From positions 64,001 to 128,000 of the forward strand of contig CAVRQT010000003.1 of NCBI GenBank assembly GCA_963723515.1: DNA of 64,000 nt. Direction: 5' to 3'. The notes below the pieces were generated by a model, which was not told the origin of the DNA, made no database searches, and saw only the letters and a list, made by a program, of their open reading frames with translations. This DNA comes from Vulcanimicrobiota bacterium. Its GTDB lineage: Bacteria; Vulcanimicrobiota; Vulcanimicrobiia; Vulcanimicrobiales; Vulcanimicrobiaceae. Below, one piece after another: positions 1-10,324 of the stretch (positions within the stretch are counted from its first letter, which is position 1; each line of letters opens with the position of its first letter). Position numbers and translations under genes: made by a program.

Positions 1-2187
1 ATCGCCGCAAGCGAGCCGATGATGCCGTCATGACGCAATCTCAGAAGAAGAAGCGATCGATCCGCTCGACGCGCAGAACGCCGGCTTAGACGAGCAAGCG
101 CTGCAAGCCGGACACGAAGAGATCAATTTGAACCTCGAGGGGTTCGAGCCGCAGGTGCCGCTCGCGGAACATGATTCTGCCGAGCAACAGCCTGCCCTGA
201 GCGAGCCGAAGGGTCGGAGTGCCGAAGGGACGCAAGAGGGCAGCTGACGCGCTGCCGCTTCCGACAGCATCGGAGGCGGCCTTTGAAAGACTTCTCGCCT
301 CCTATCTCGGTCCGCAGCCCGCGGTTGCGGAGACAGCGCCGCAGCGTTCCACGCGCGATGAATTCGTCACGGAACTCTTTGCGGAGAGCGAAAAATTTCT
401 AGCACCGCGCACGATCGCCGACACCGAGCGCTTCAACTCGAAGATCGTCGGCGTTTCGTTCGAGGGTCGCCAAGATGTCATTGCCGGCCTGCAGGTCGGC
501 GCAACGCTAACGCTTGAGCGTCAGCCCGACAATCCGCACGATCCCAACGCGATCGCCGTCTCCTACGGCACCTTGCAGCTGGGCTACATCAGAAAAGAGC
601 ACGCCGTGCATCTCGCATCGGTGATCGATTCCGGCGTTGCGTACCGCTGCTACATCAGCATGCTGACCGGCGGCGGCGACTTGCATCGCGGCGTCAACAT
701 CGTTGTCGAACGCGCGCGTGCTGCCGTCCTCGAATCAAGACCGTCGGTCGCCGTTGACGCCGATGCCGCCGCGGTCCGTCAGGCTCTGATCGGCGATCAG
801 CCGGTTCGCCCCGCTCAGCAAGCCGTTCTTGACCGACTCGAGCACGGCAAGAACACGCTCGCGATTCTCGGCACAGGACGCGGCAAGTCGTTCTGCTTTC
901 AGTATCCGGCAGCGATGCGGGCGTTGGACAGCGGTCAAAAGACGGTCGCCGTGTACCCGTTGCGCGCCCTCGCGAACGATCAGTTTGACGCGGTGCACCG
1001 GCGTTTTGATGGCTTCGGGTTGCGGATCTTTCGCGCGAACGGCTCGATCGATGCGGCGCACCGCGTCGCACTTTTCGACGCGCTCGGCAGTGGAGCGTGG
1101 GACATCATCTTTGCGACGCCTGAATTCTTGCAGTTTCATCGCGATGCGTTTTCGAAATCGAGCCGGCCGTCACTCGTCGTGGTCGATGAAGCGCATCATA
1201 TCTTTGCTTCTCGCCATCGCGATGCGTACAGCAATCTTGGCCGGGCGATCCGCGAACTCGGTGCGCCCCAGGTCCTTGCCTTGACCGCGACGGCACGCGA
1301 CGATGCTTTCACCGATATGACGCGAGAGTTGGAAATTGAATCGTGGGTCATCGATCCAACCGTGCGCGAAAATCTGCACGTGGTCGATGCGCGCGAAAAC
1401 GCGGATAAGGTCGGCTATATGCGCGGCCTTTTTGAGGGCTCCGGCAAAGGCATCGTCTACTGCAACTCCAAGCGAGAATGCGTGAACGTTGCGGACCAGC
1501 TGCGCAAGACGTTTGGAAATGACGTGATCTACTACCACGGCGGATTGGATAGCGAAGCACGGCTGAATGCGGAACGCTACTTCCGCGAGGGCCAGGTACG
1601 TGTGGTCGTAGCAACGACTGCGTTCGGCGAAGGGATCGATTTACCGGACGTGCGTGACGTTGTGCTGTATCACTTGAACTTCAATTTCACGGAGTTCAAC
1701 CAGCAGGCGGGCCGTGCCGGCAGAGACGGAGCGCCGGCGCGCATTCATTTGCTTTTCGGTGAGCGCGACCGCGCGCTCAACGAGTTCCTGATCAGCCTCG
1801 GTGCGCCGACGCTTGCGGTGTTGCGCGAAATTTACAGAGAGGTTCGTGCACTTAGCCGCGACGGCATCGTACGGATGTCGGCGGAAGAAATTGCGCGCAC
1901 GCTCGACATCCGTCACACCGAAGGGGACGACGATCACCTCGGCCGTCCAGATCTTCGAAGATGCCGGGCTGGTGGAAATAGGCAGGGATGAGGATGGAAA
2001 GTTCATTCGCTTTCTGCCGGCGCGCGAGCGCATCGACCTGACCAAAAACGAACGCTTCGCAGAAGGCGAGGCAGAGCGTGAGGACTTTGCGCGCTTTGCG
2101 GAATTTGCATTGAAGGCGAGCCCTCAGGCGCTTGAAACGATCATCAACCGCCCGATTTATCCGTCGAACGTTCCCCTAGAGAAGTAG
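1..2187 (+). CDS. HIRAN domain + RecQ-like DEAH helicase, probably 5'-partial; apparent frameshifts near 225 and 1925
   Basis: HIRAN-like segment KIVGVSFEGRQ...LERQPDNPHDPNAIAV...LGYI; helicase motifs GTGRGKS, DEAH, LTATA, ATTAFGEGID, QQAGRAGRDG. C-terminus continues in ORF 1801..2187 after the GGGG run at ~1923. An acidic linker reads in frame +2 at 32-246. Confidence 0.8.
190..229 (+). repeat. REP-like repeat copy with expanded centre, inside the helicase linker
   Basis: GCCTGCCCTGAGCGAGCCGAAGGG-TCGGAGT-GCCGAAGGG matches copies at 20890, 37627 and 62607. Confidence 0.7.
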
Positions 2188-2190
2188 CCG

Positions 2191-3387
2191 CTAAGCCACC
2201 ACGCGCGCGACGTTCGCGCCGTCAACTCGCTTGTAGAACGCGTTGTTCGTTTCAGAGACGCGCGGCGCCCATGGATCGATTTGGTCGGGACGCACAGGAA
2301 AATGAACCGTCGGTCCGGCGGCATCGCGGTAATCAGCGTCTCCAAACGGCGCAACGTCGCGGCTCTCGCCATGCGCGATAACCGTTGCGGAGATCGCTGC
2401 CGCCGCTTCGTTTGCTCTTGCGCGCAGATCCGGATCGAGTCGCGCGTCGCGCGCGAACGAATCGTAGAGTGCGATTGCAGGCCTATCCGCGCGCCAGGGC
2501 ATCCCATCCGAATTTGGAAAGCGCACCATGCCTTCGATCCGGCTTGCGTCATCACGAACGGCGTCGATTTCATTCCGCGGAACGGATGCAAAGGCGTCGT
2601 TGAACGCTTTGACGTCTTGCTCGACGCGCGCCCAGCGCTCCGCTGAAAGATCGAGTACGTCGAATGCGGCGGCGGGATGCCAACGCTCTGATCCGGCCTC
2701 ATACGAGAAGTGCATGACGTTGCGCACGACCGATTGCGCCATCGCCTTCGTGTCATTGGTGTGGTCCGCAATCGCCTCCGCGACGGTGCTCGGCGTGCCG
2801 GGAGAAAGCATCGTTTCCGGGCTGGCCGCCAAAAAACGCACGCCGGCGTGCGACAATTCGTCGGCAAAACCAAGGCTCGCCATCAGGCATTGATTTGCGA
2901 CGACGCCGTCGACACGTCGTCCTGCGTCTTCGGGATGCGCTTGCGCGTGCAGTTGCACGCCCTTCGCGATAGCAGCGGACATCGAGTCAATCGACATGAT
3001 CGCCTTCGCGCTATCCGCTTCTAAGCCGCCGCCGTCGCCGCCGCCGTGGTCGCTCAGTTCAACCCACGTCTGCTTCGCACCGCAGCGCTCCGCTTCGTCT
3101 AGGGTTCGCGCGACGAAACGCGCGAGGTTCTGCGGCGATGCCATGTCGTGCGCTGCACTCGTCGTCGCGTTTCGGACGCCGCCGTCGTCTATCGTGTACG
3201 ATCTTGTTTCCAGCGAGTCCGAATTTCGCGAGGTCGTGTCTTCGATCGTGAATTCGACGTTTGAACAACTCCGGCTGACCTGCAGGGCTTGCGCCAGCGT
3301 CACCGCCTGCGAGCCGTCCAAATTGTTGTCGCCGTCGCGATAGATGCCGAATTCGAGCGTGCGCCGCACGCTGGTGACGCTTTGCAT
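2191..3387 (-). CDS. Clostripain-like (C11, clan CD) cysteine peptidase without signal peptide
   Basis: YRDGDNNL, SDHGGG (catalytic His-Gly), ANQCLMAS (catalytic Cys), ASPET; GGAGG RBS. Confidence 0.7.
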   Translation of the reverse strand: MQSVTSVRRTLEFGIYRDGDNNLDGSQAVTLAQALQVSRSCSNVEFTIEDTTSRNSDSLETRSYTIDDGGVRNATTSAAHDMASPQNLARFVARTLDEAERCGAKQTWVELSDHGGGDGGGLEADSAKAIMSIDSMSAAIAKGVQLHAQAHPEDAGRRVDGVVANQCLMASLGFADELSHAGVRFLAASPETMLSPGTPSTVAEAIADHTNDTKAMAQSVVRNVMHFSYEAGSERWHPAAAFDVLDLSAERWARVEQDVKAFNDAFASVPRNEIDAVRDDASRIEGMVRFPNSDGMPWRADRPAIALYDSFARDARLDPDLRARANEAAAAISATVIAHGESRDVAPFGDADYRDAAGPTVHFPVRPDQIDPWAPRVSETNNAFYKRVDGANVARVVA

Positions 3388-3446
3388 CGAGCCCTCCTGA
3401 AATTCTCTTCAGGGGCTATCTGCGACGAACTAGCGCTGTAGAAAGG

Positions 3447-4358
3447 TCAACGGTGGCACCGACCGGAGCCGGCGTCGGTGAACGTCTTGCCGCTCTCGGG
3501 TTGAAACTTCCAATCGTAATCGTGATCGCGTAAATGCAACACGAGCACGCCGAACGTGTTGCTGTTGCGCGCTTGGCTGTTCGGTTCAACCTTTGTGAAA
3601 ATGTAGTGGCTGCGGCCGCCGGTGCCGACGACGAACTCCCGAATCCCACGCGCATTCGACGTGCCGTTCGGATCTTGCGGTCCGAAGCGCTCGTAGTCGT
3701 GATCGTGTCCGTTCAGCACGATGTCGGCATGCGCGGCGTAGAGGTCTCGCCAAAACGCTAGGTACGCCGCGTCGCTATGGTGCAGCCCCGATGAAAAACG
3801 CGGCTGATGCCAATATGCGAGAATGCAGTCCGCATGCTGCTTCTGAAGATCGTTCTTGAGCCAAGCTTCTTCCGCCGAGCCCGCTGCACAACCGCCGACT
3901 TCACCGCAGTTGGCATTGATCGCGACGAAGTGCCACCGCCCGCGGTCGAAACTATAGTAGCCTTTTGACTGATCCCCCGCTCGAGCACCAAAGTATCCGA
4001 AGTATCCGGCCGCGTGCGGGGTCACGTACTCGTGATTGCCTGGAACGGGCCGAGTGACCGCTAAGAATCTGCCCCATGTATTCCCATAGGACGATCGAAA
4101 GGCGTCGAGCGTCGCAGCTTGATATTGTTCATCGCCCAATGGAAGCAGCAAATCGGGGTGCGCAACCGCGATCAATTGTGCGGTGGCGCCCATATGACAG
4201 CTCTCGTCGGATGCATCTTCGGCTTTAGAACCCATCGCTGTCGCATCGCATGCAATGTCACCGGCGGCGACAACGGTGAGCGGCCGTTCATTTGTCGCAG
4301 CAACCGCGGCAATCGCCAATGCCAGCAGCGGTGCAGCGATCGCAGCAATGGCGTTCAC
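3447..4358 (-). CDS. Secreted calcineurin-like metallophosphoesterase
   Basis: Signal peptide; AGDIA, LGDEQY, PGNHEY, WHQP, GHDHDYER motifs. Confidence 0.85.
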   Translation of the reverse strand: MNAIAAIAAPLLALAIAAVAATNERPLTVVAAGDIACDATAMGSKAEDASDESCHMGATAQLIAVAHPDLLLPLGDEQYQAATLDAFRSSYGNTWGRFLAVTRPVPGNHEYVTPHAAGYFGYFGARAGDQSKGYYSFDRGRWHFVAINANCGEVGGCAAGSAEEAWLKNDLQKQHADCILAYWHQPRFSSGLHHSDAAYLAFWRDLYAAHADIVLNGHDHDYERFGPQDPNGTSNARGIREFVVGTGGRSHYIFTKVEPNSQARNSNTFGVLVLHLRDHDYDWKFQPESGKTFTDAGSGRCHR

Positions 4359-4363
4359 GCCAC

Positions 4364-5158
4364 CTAAAATCCCGTCAAGGTCATCGAACCGCTCACCGTC
4401 GCGAAAGAAATCTTTGCCCCGCCGCCATTCAGGTTTGCGCTGACATTTGTGCCGACGGTTTGGCTTGTCTTTGGAACATCTAAGTTGGATGAAAAATCTC
4501 CGGAGACGCTCCGAGCACTGATCGACGCGCCGGAGTGCTTCGGAATCCGGAAGACGATGTCGCCGCTTACGGAACCGCCGGTCAATTGACTGCCCGGCGC
4601 CAACGACGCAGCAGAGCCATCGATGGAACCCGAGGTCGTCGTCAACGTGAGGTTGCCGCGGTTGGTGGTCGCTTTGATGTCTCCGCTGATCGAAGTCGCG
4701 CGAACATCGCCTGTTACGCCGGTGACCTCGACACTGCCGTCGACGTTCGAGACATTCACGGCCATATTTTCAGGGATGAGAATTTGGTAGTCCACGCGAC
4801 CTGAAACGCGCGAGCCAAAGAAGAGAAACGTCGTGGGATAGTGCGTTCTGATATGTATTGTGTCGTCGACGCGGTCGGTCACAACCGAAATTTTTTGCAG
4901 CGCCGCGCTATCGCGCGCGCGAACGGTGGCAGTGACCTCGACGTCCGATCGTTTTGTACCGGTAACATCCACACGGCCGCTGACGTTTGACACCCTGACG
5001 TTTTGCACGCCGGCTGCCGAAAGAATGCGATGAACCTTGGCGCTTGCATTGTAGCCGCCGCGTTCTTCAAAAGACGTCGTACATGCGGCAAGCGCGAAAA
5101 TCGTCGCCGTAAGAAGGACCGAGGAACCGAGCAACGCGGGTATACGTTTTTTCATCAT
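4364..5158 (-). CDS. DUF4097-like beta-strand-repeat lipoprotein (putative adhesin)
   Basis: Lipobox ALAAC; repeated V/T-S-G-x-I/V motifs (NVSGRV, SISGDI, TTSGSI, SVSGDI, TVSGSM). Confidence 0.75.
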   Translation of the reverse strand: MMKKRIPALLGSSVLLTATIFALAACTTSFEERGGYNASAKVHRILSAAGVQNVRVSNVSGRVDVTGTKRSDVEVTATVRARDSAALQKISVVTDRVDDTIHIRTHYPTTFLFFGSRVSGRVDYQILIPENMAVNVSNVDGSVEVTGVTGDVRATSISGDIKATTNRGNLTLTTTSGSIDGSAASLAPGSQLTGGSVSGDIVFRIPKHSGASISARSVSGDFSSNLDVPKTSQTVGTNVSANLNGGGAKISFATVSGSMTLTGF

Positions 5159-5181
5159 AATCACACTTGAGGTGAGAAAAC

Positions 5182-5776
5182 TTGATCGTAGATATAAAGA
5201 AAGTGCTTGCCTGGGTCGCGCTAATGAGTCTCCTGCCGGTTGCTGCTTCGGCTGTAACCGTCTCGCTTCCGGCTGGAACCGAAATCAACGCGACACTGGA
5301 TAACCCGATTGACACCGGCAACGCGAACGTCGGCGACCAGTTCACCGCCCACGTTCAACCGCCGTATCCGTACGGCGAACACCGCTTTGACCAACGCCGT
5401 CATCTACGGCGAGATCGTCAACGTTCAGCGTGCCGGCCAGGGAAGAAAACCGGCCATCGAGCTGCGATTCACAACGATCCGTTTCTATGATGGCTCCAGC
5501 GCGCAGATCGACGGCTACCTCGTCGCATCACAACAGCGCAGCCAACAGAAGAGCGGCGCTCGCGTTGTTGCGACGACGCTCGCCGGAATGCTCGTTGGAA
5601 ATGCACTCGGCAAGGTCATCTTCGGCTCGGGCTCTCGAATGGGCGGCTGGGTCGGAGCGGCCGGCGGATTTCTGGTCGGCCAAAATTACCAAGCCAACCT
5701 TGAGATTCCGCAAGGGTCGCAGATGGTCGTGAAACTACGGCGCACGTTGTCGACTCGTCGCCAGGCCGGCCAATAG
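5182..5776 (+). CDS. Secreted protein with TrbI/VirB10-like beta domain and glycine zipper; 1-nt frameshift at ~5376
   Basis: ORFs 5182..5490 and 5309..5776 join as ...PPYPY/ANTALTNAVIYG; LPAGTEINATL, glycine zipper AGMLVGNALG...GAAGGFLVG, EIPQGSQM. Confidence 0.55.
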
Positions 5777-5814
5777 TTCAATCCAGCATGTCCGCCGACC
5801 GCGCTTCGCGCGGA

Positions 5815-6661
5815 TCAGCGCGGAGCCGGTGGACACTCTTTGAGCAACGTGTAGCCGTCCGCCGTGGAATGCTGAACGACGTATTGCACGATAACCGGCT
5901 CGCGGCCGGCTTTATCGGGCGGCGGCGGCTGAAATGGGATCGGCGCATCGGGATGCAGGCGCTCGTTTTGCGCCGACCATGGATCGACAGCTTCGCTCGG
6001 ATAGTACCAAAGCCAATCCAACTTCGTTGAATCCGCGTGGCCGTCCGGATAGTGGACGGTCATCTTGATCGTCTCGCGAAACGCGCCCGTGCCTTTGTCG
6101 TAGATCGGCTCCGCCGCCGGAACAAACTCAACGTAGCCGCAGGGTTCGTTCGGCGCGGCATACGTTCCATTGCCGGTGCCGCGACCGCCCGCGCCGGTTC
6201 CGGTTCCTTGACCGCCTGCGCCGGTACCCGTTCCGCGCGATGTCCCTCCGGCACCGACGCCCGCGCCGCTGCGGGTCAGACCTGGACCGGCGCGCGCGAT
6301 CTTCGGAACGACGATGTGCTCGATGCGCGGCGCGTGATGAACCGTATGCGCGATCGACTTTGCCGCACCGCGCTTGTGCGCGGCAGCTTTCGGCGCCGCG
6401 GGCGCCGGATTCACCGTCGCTACGACGTGCGGCGTCGGGACGATCTTCGGCGTCGGGACCAGATGTGGCGTCGGCCGCGGTGTCGGCCGGCGCACGATGT
6501 GCACGACGAACGTCGTGGCAATGCGCTCCGGTTGTTCCGGATTCGAGCGACCCCAGTGAAAAAGCGCGGCGCCAATCTCGTGCAAGGCGATGGCAATCGC
6601 AAAAGCGATCGCCAGCCGGCGCCGGTATTCCGTGTCGTTGCCGAATAAAAAAGAGAGCCAT
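5815..6661 (-). CDS. Membrane-anchored Pro/Gly-rich protein with TonB-like architecture; start uncertain
   Basis: The frame extends upstream of 6585 as RRRLAIAFAIAIALHEIG (anchor with His), then a PTP-rich linker, GTGAGG repeats and a C-terminal domain. ATG at 6661 fits if the poly-T run has one extra base. Confidence 0.5.
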
Positions 6662-6682
6662 CCCCCGGAGGCGGATGACTCT
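6647..6682 (-). terminator. Rho-independent terminator after the 6721..7017 gene
   Basis: Minus strand AGAGTCATCC-loop-GGATGGCTCT followed by CTTTTTT. Confidence 0.6.
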
Positions 6683-6720
6683 GCTTCATGTCGAGCTTGC
6701 GTCTTAGGTCAACCGCCGAT

Positions 6721-7017
6721 CTACTGTGGATTTACTCCGTACGTGCGGTAGTACCACTCCCGGAATTGCTGATCGGTCGGGTAGTAACCATATTTCTGGT
6801 AGAACCACGAACGGTAGGCTTCTTGACGGCGGGCCTGCTCGCGCAGCTCCGCTTGTTTCTCGCGTTTCTTGTGGTTGTAGTTTGTGATCGTCAACGCCGC
6901 TGCCGCGCTGCCGATTAAGATGTTGCGCGTGCTTGCGGCGCCGTCCGCCAATGCGGGTGCGAGCGTTCCGAAGGCAAGTGCCGCTGTCAGGGCCGACGCG
7001 ACAATTTTGTGCTTCAT
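6721..7017 (-). CDS. Small secreted hypothetical protein with duplicated aromatic motif
   Basis: AAAGGA RBS, signal peptide ending ALA, terminator downstream; YRSWFYQKYGYYP / FREWYYRTYGVNP. Confidence 0.7.
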   Translation of the reverse strand: MKHKIVASALTAALAFGTLAPALADGAASTRNILIGSAAAALTITNYNHKKREKQAELREQARRQEAYRSWFYQKYGYYPTDQQFREWYYRTYGVNPQ

Positions 7018-7096
7018 GCGGATCCTTTCTCATTAGCCGCTACTGCCATTGAAACGGAAAAGGCAGCAGGCCACGTTCCACGAACCCCTTGGCGCC

Positions 7097-7609
7097 GTGG
7101 ACGTGACGTCATTAGTACGGTCAATTCCCGATTTCCCGATTCCGGGCATTCTTTTTCGTGACATAACGCCGTTATTGCGTGACAAGGATGGCTTCAAAGC
7201 GGCAATCGACCTCTTCGTCGACCGGTATTCCGGCCGAGGGATCGATTACGTCGTGGGCATCGAAGCGCGAGGCTATATGCTCGGCGCACCGGTCGCCTAC
7301 GCTATAAGCGCGGGGTTCGTGCCGGTTCGTAAGCCGGGAAAATTACCGGGAACCAAGCTCACCGAGGAATATGCGCTGGAATACGGCACGAATTCGCTCG
7401 AAATCCACGACGATGCCATCGGGCACGGCAAACGCGTGCTGATCGTCGATGATCTCCTCGCCACCGGCGGCACGGCGGCTGCCACTCGTAAGCTGCTCGA
7501 GCGCCTGGGTGCGAAGATTGAAGGGTTCGCCTTTCTGATCGAGCTGAAGGACCTGCGGGGGCGCGACAAACTCGGCGAGCTCGACGTTACAACATTCATC
7601 CAATACTAA
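7097..7609 (+). CDS. apt: Adenine phosphoribosyltransferase
   Basis: IPDFPIPGILFRDIT, GIEARG, VRKPGKLP, YALEYG, VDDLLATGGT. Confidence 0.95.
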   Translation: MDVTSLVRSIPDFPIPGILFRDITPLLRDKDGFKAAIDLFVDRYSGRGIDYVVGIEARGYMLGAPVAYAISAGFVPVRKPGKLPGTKLTEEYALEYGTNSLEIHDDAIGHGKRVLIVDDLLATGGTAAATRKLLERLGAKIEGFAFLIELKDLRGRDKLGELDVTTFIQY

Positions 7610-7628
7610 ACTCTCTAGGAGGCCTTTC

Positions 7629-8075
7629 GTGCGTCTTTTTTTATTGATCTTTGTTGCCGCGGCTCTCATGCCGGTGGCCGCGTTCGCGCAGGTGGCAAGC
7701 CCTGCACCCGCTGCAGCGGCGCCCGCGGCTGAAAACGCAACCCTAACGACCCTTGCACGCGCGCAGATCGACGCGTTCCGTGCCGGGAAAATCGACCGCA
7801 GTCAGTACACCAGCGAGGCGAACGCGCATATCACCGACACACTGGTTACGCAGGTTGCTCAGCTGCTCGCTCGCGGCGGCAACATCAAGTCGTTCGCGTA
7901 CTCCGGCACAGCGGTGCAAAGCGGCGTGCAGGTCGCCCAGTATGCCGTGACGTTCGATAAGCCGGTTGCGGTGCCCGAGATGCCGTCGTTGCCGACGACC
8001 GCAAACTGGGTCGAATCGATTTCAACGGACAAAACTGGCAAGATCGCCTACCTGCTCTTCGCACCGAAGATGTAG
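7629..8075 (+). CDS. Secreted hypothetical protein
   Basis: AGGAGG RBS, signal peptide ending AFA, Ala/Pro linker. Confidence 0.7.
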   Translation: MRLFLLIFVAAALMPVAAFAQVASPAPAAAAPAAENATLTTLARAQIDAFRAGKIDRSQYTSEANAHITDTLVTQVAQLLARGGNIKSFAYSGTAVQSGVQVAQYAVTFDKPVAVPEMPSLPTTANWVESISTDKTGKIAYLLFAPKM

Positions 8076-8081
8076 CGAAAG

Positions 8082-8104
8082 AGGCTCCTCAGGGAGCCTT
8101 TTTT
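8082..8104 (+). terminator. Rho-independent terminator
   Basis: AGGCTCC-TCAG-GGAGCCT followed by a T tract. Confidence 0.75.
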
Positions 8105-8152
8105 GCATCGAGCGTCGCGCCTATGGCATCATAGGGTCAGAGGGATGCGGAC

Positions 8153-10321
8153 GTGACGATTGAGGAGCTGATCACACGAGTCCATACCTACGACCCGTCG
8201 CTCGACGGGTCGTGGCTTCGTCGCGTCTATGAAGCCGCTGGTCATGCTCACGAAGGCCAGCAGCGCGCATCGGGCGAGTCGTTCATCGAGCATCCGCTGG
8301 CTGTCGCCGGCGTCCTTGCTGAGCTCGAGATGGACCGCGCAACGATCGCCGCGGCGATTCTGCACGATGTCGTCGAGGACACCTCGATCACAAGCGAAGA
8401 AGTCGCGGCCGAATTTGGTCAGGAGATTGCGAAGCTCGTAGAAGGCGTCACGAAGCTGACGCGGATCCCTTATCAATCAAAGGAAGAAGCGCAGGTCGAA
8501 AATCTGCGCAAGATGTTCATGGCGATGGCCAAGGACATCCGCGTCATCATCATCAAGCTCGCGGACCGCCTGCACAACATGCGCACGCTCGCGAGCCTGC
8601 CGCCCGCAAAACAGGTCGCGATCGCACGCGAGACGCTCGACATCTATACGCCGATCGCACACCGTCTGGGCATTTGGAAGATCAAGTGGGAGATGGAAGA
8701 TCTCTGCTTGCGCTATCTCGATCCCAACGGTTATCGCGACATCGTCGAGCGTGTCGCCAAATCGCGCACCGACCGTGAAGCGTCCGTTGAAGCGGTCATC
8801 GACTCGCTGAAGCGGCAGTTCGAAGAGATCAATATTCACGCCGAAATCCAAGGACGCCCCAAACATTTCTTCTCGATCCACAACAAGATCAAGCGTGGGC
8901 GAGAGTTTTCAACGATCTACGATCTGATGGCGATTCGCGTCATCGTCGAGTCGGTTAAAGATTGTTACGGCGCACTTGGCATCGTACACTCGCTTTGGAC
9001 GCCGCTGCCGGGCCGCTTCAAAGACTACATCGCGATGCCCAAGCCCAACATGTATCAGTCGCTGCATACAACTGTCGTCGGTCCGCAAGGTGAGCCGCTC
9101 GAAATCCAAATTCGCACCTGGGACATGCATCGAACGAGCGAGTACGGCATCGCGGCGCACTGGCGCTACAAAGAAGGCGGCAAAGCCGATCAGTTTGAGA
9201 ACAAGCTTTCCTGGCTGCGCGCACTGCTGGAGTGGCAGAAGGACATGCGCGACTCGCGCATGTTCATGGAGAACCTCAAACTCGATCTCTTCGATAGTCA
9301 AGTTTTCGTCTTCTCACCGCGCGGCGACGTCTACAGTATGCCGGCACAAGGCACGCCGCTCGACTTTGCGTATGCCGTCCATACCGATGTCGGCAACCAC
9401 TGCGTCGGCGCAAAGGTGAACGGCCGCATCGTGCCGCTCGATCACGCGCTGCAAAACGGCGACATCTGTGAAATCTTGGTCAACAAGAAGACCGCCCGTC
9501 CGTCGCTCGACTGGCTTGCGATCGTCAAAACGTCCAGCGCGAAGCACAAAATCAAACAGTGGTTCCGTAAAGAGCGTAAGGAAGAGAACGTTCTCGCCGG
9601 TCAAGAGGCCGTCGAACATGAGCTGGCGCGCCATCACATGCGCCCGGACACCGCGCGGGGCGAGTTGTTGGAGAAGATCGCGCATCGCATGAACTATACG
9701 TCCGCGACCGATCTCTTTGCGGCGATCGGTTTTGGCGATGCATCAGCGCAAACGGTCGTCAATCGGCTGCGCGATGAGGTCAAGAGCAGTAACGTCGTCG
9801 AGCTGCCGAAACTCGAACGGCTGCCGTCGGTTTCACGGCGCGTCGCGCGCAAGAGCAGCGAGATCCGCGTCGCGGGCGTCGATGACGTCCTCGTGCGGCT
9901 TTCGAAGTGCTGCAGCCCGGTCCCGGGCGATCCGATCATGGGCTATGTGACGATCGGCAAAGGCGTCTCCGTGCATCGTGCGGATTGCCCGAACGTCACG
10001 TACATGAACGCAACGCCGGAGCGCGTGCTTGAAGCGACGTGGGTCGGCACGACGGAACTGACGCATTCGGTCGACATCGAAATCGACGCGATCGATCGTG
10101 CGGGCCTCTTGCAAGACGTGATGGCGGTCTTTGCGGAGCTCAAGACGGTCGTTTCCTCGGTGAACGCGCGCGTAAAACGCGATCGCGATGCGATCATCAG
10201 TTTGACGGTGCAGATTCGCGATCTCGAACATCTGCACACGATTCTGCGCAAGGTCGAGGGTTTGCGCGACGTGCGCCGCGTCTATCGCGTGACGAAGCGC
10301 GAAGCACGCGCCGGCGGCTAG
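8153..10321 (+). CDS. relA: Bifunctional (p)ppGpp synthetase/hydrolase (long RSH)
   Basis: HD motif LHDVVED, KLADRLHNMRTL, RFKDYIAMPKPNMYQSLHT, TGS domain, CC motif KCCSPVPGD, C-terminal ACT domain. Confidence 0.95.
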   Translation: MTIEELITRVHTYDPSLDGSWLRRVYEAAGHAHEGQQRASGESFIEHPLAVAGVLAELEMDRATIAAAILHDVVEDTSITSEEVAAEFGQEIAKLVEGVTKLTRIPYQSKEEAQVENLRKMFMAMAKDIRVIIIKLADRLHNMRTLASLPPAKQVAIARETLDIYTPIAHRLGIWKIKWEMEDLCLRYLDPNGYRDIVERVAKSRTDREASVEAVIDSLKRQFEEINIHAEIQGRPKHFFSIHNKIKRGREFSTIYDLMAIRVIVESVKDCYGALGIVHSLWTPLPGRFKDYIAMPKPNMYQSLHTTVVGPQGEPLEIQIRTWDMHRTSEYGIAAHWRYKEGGKADQFENKLSWLRALLEWQKDMRDSRMFMENLKLDLFDSQVFVFSPRGDVYSMPAQGTPLDFAYAVHTDVGNHCVGAKVNGRIVPLDHALQNGDICEILVNKKTARPSLDWLAIVKTSSAKHKIKQWFRKERKEENVLAGQEAVEHELARHHMRPDTARGELLEKIAHRMNYTSATDLFAAIGFGDASAQTVVNRLRDEVKSSNVVELPKLERLPSVSRRVARKSSEIRVAGVDDVLVRLSKCCSPVPGDPIMGYVTIGKGVSVHRADCPNVTYMNATPERVLEATWVGTTELTHSVDIEIDAIDRAGLLQDVMAVFAELKTVVSSVNARVKRDRDAIISLTVQIRDLEHLHTILRKVEGLRDVRRVYRVTKREARAGG

Positions 10322-10324
10322 CGC

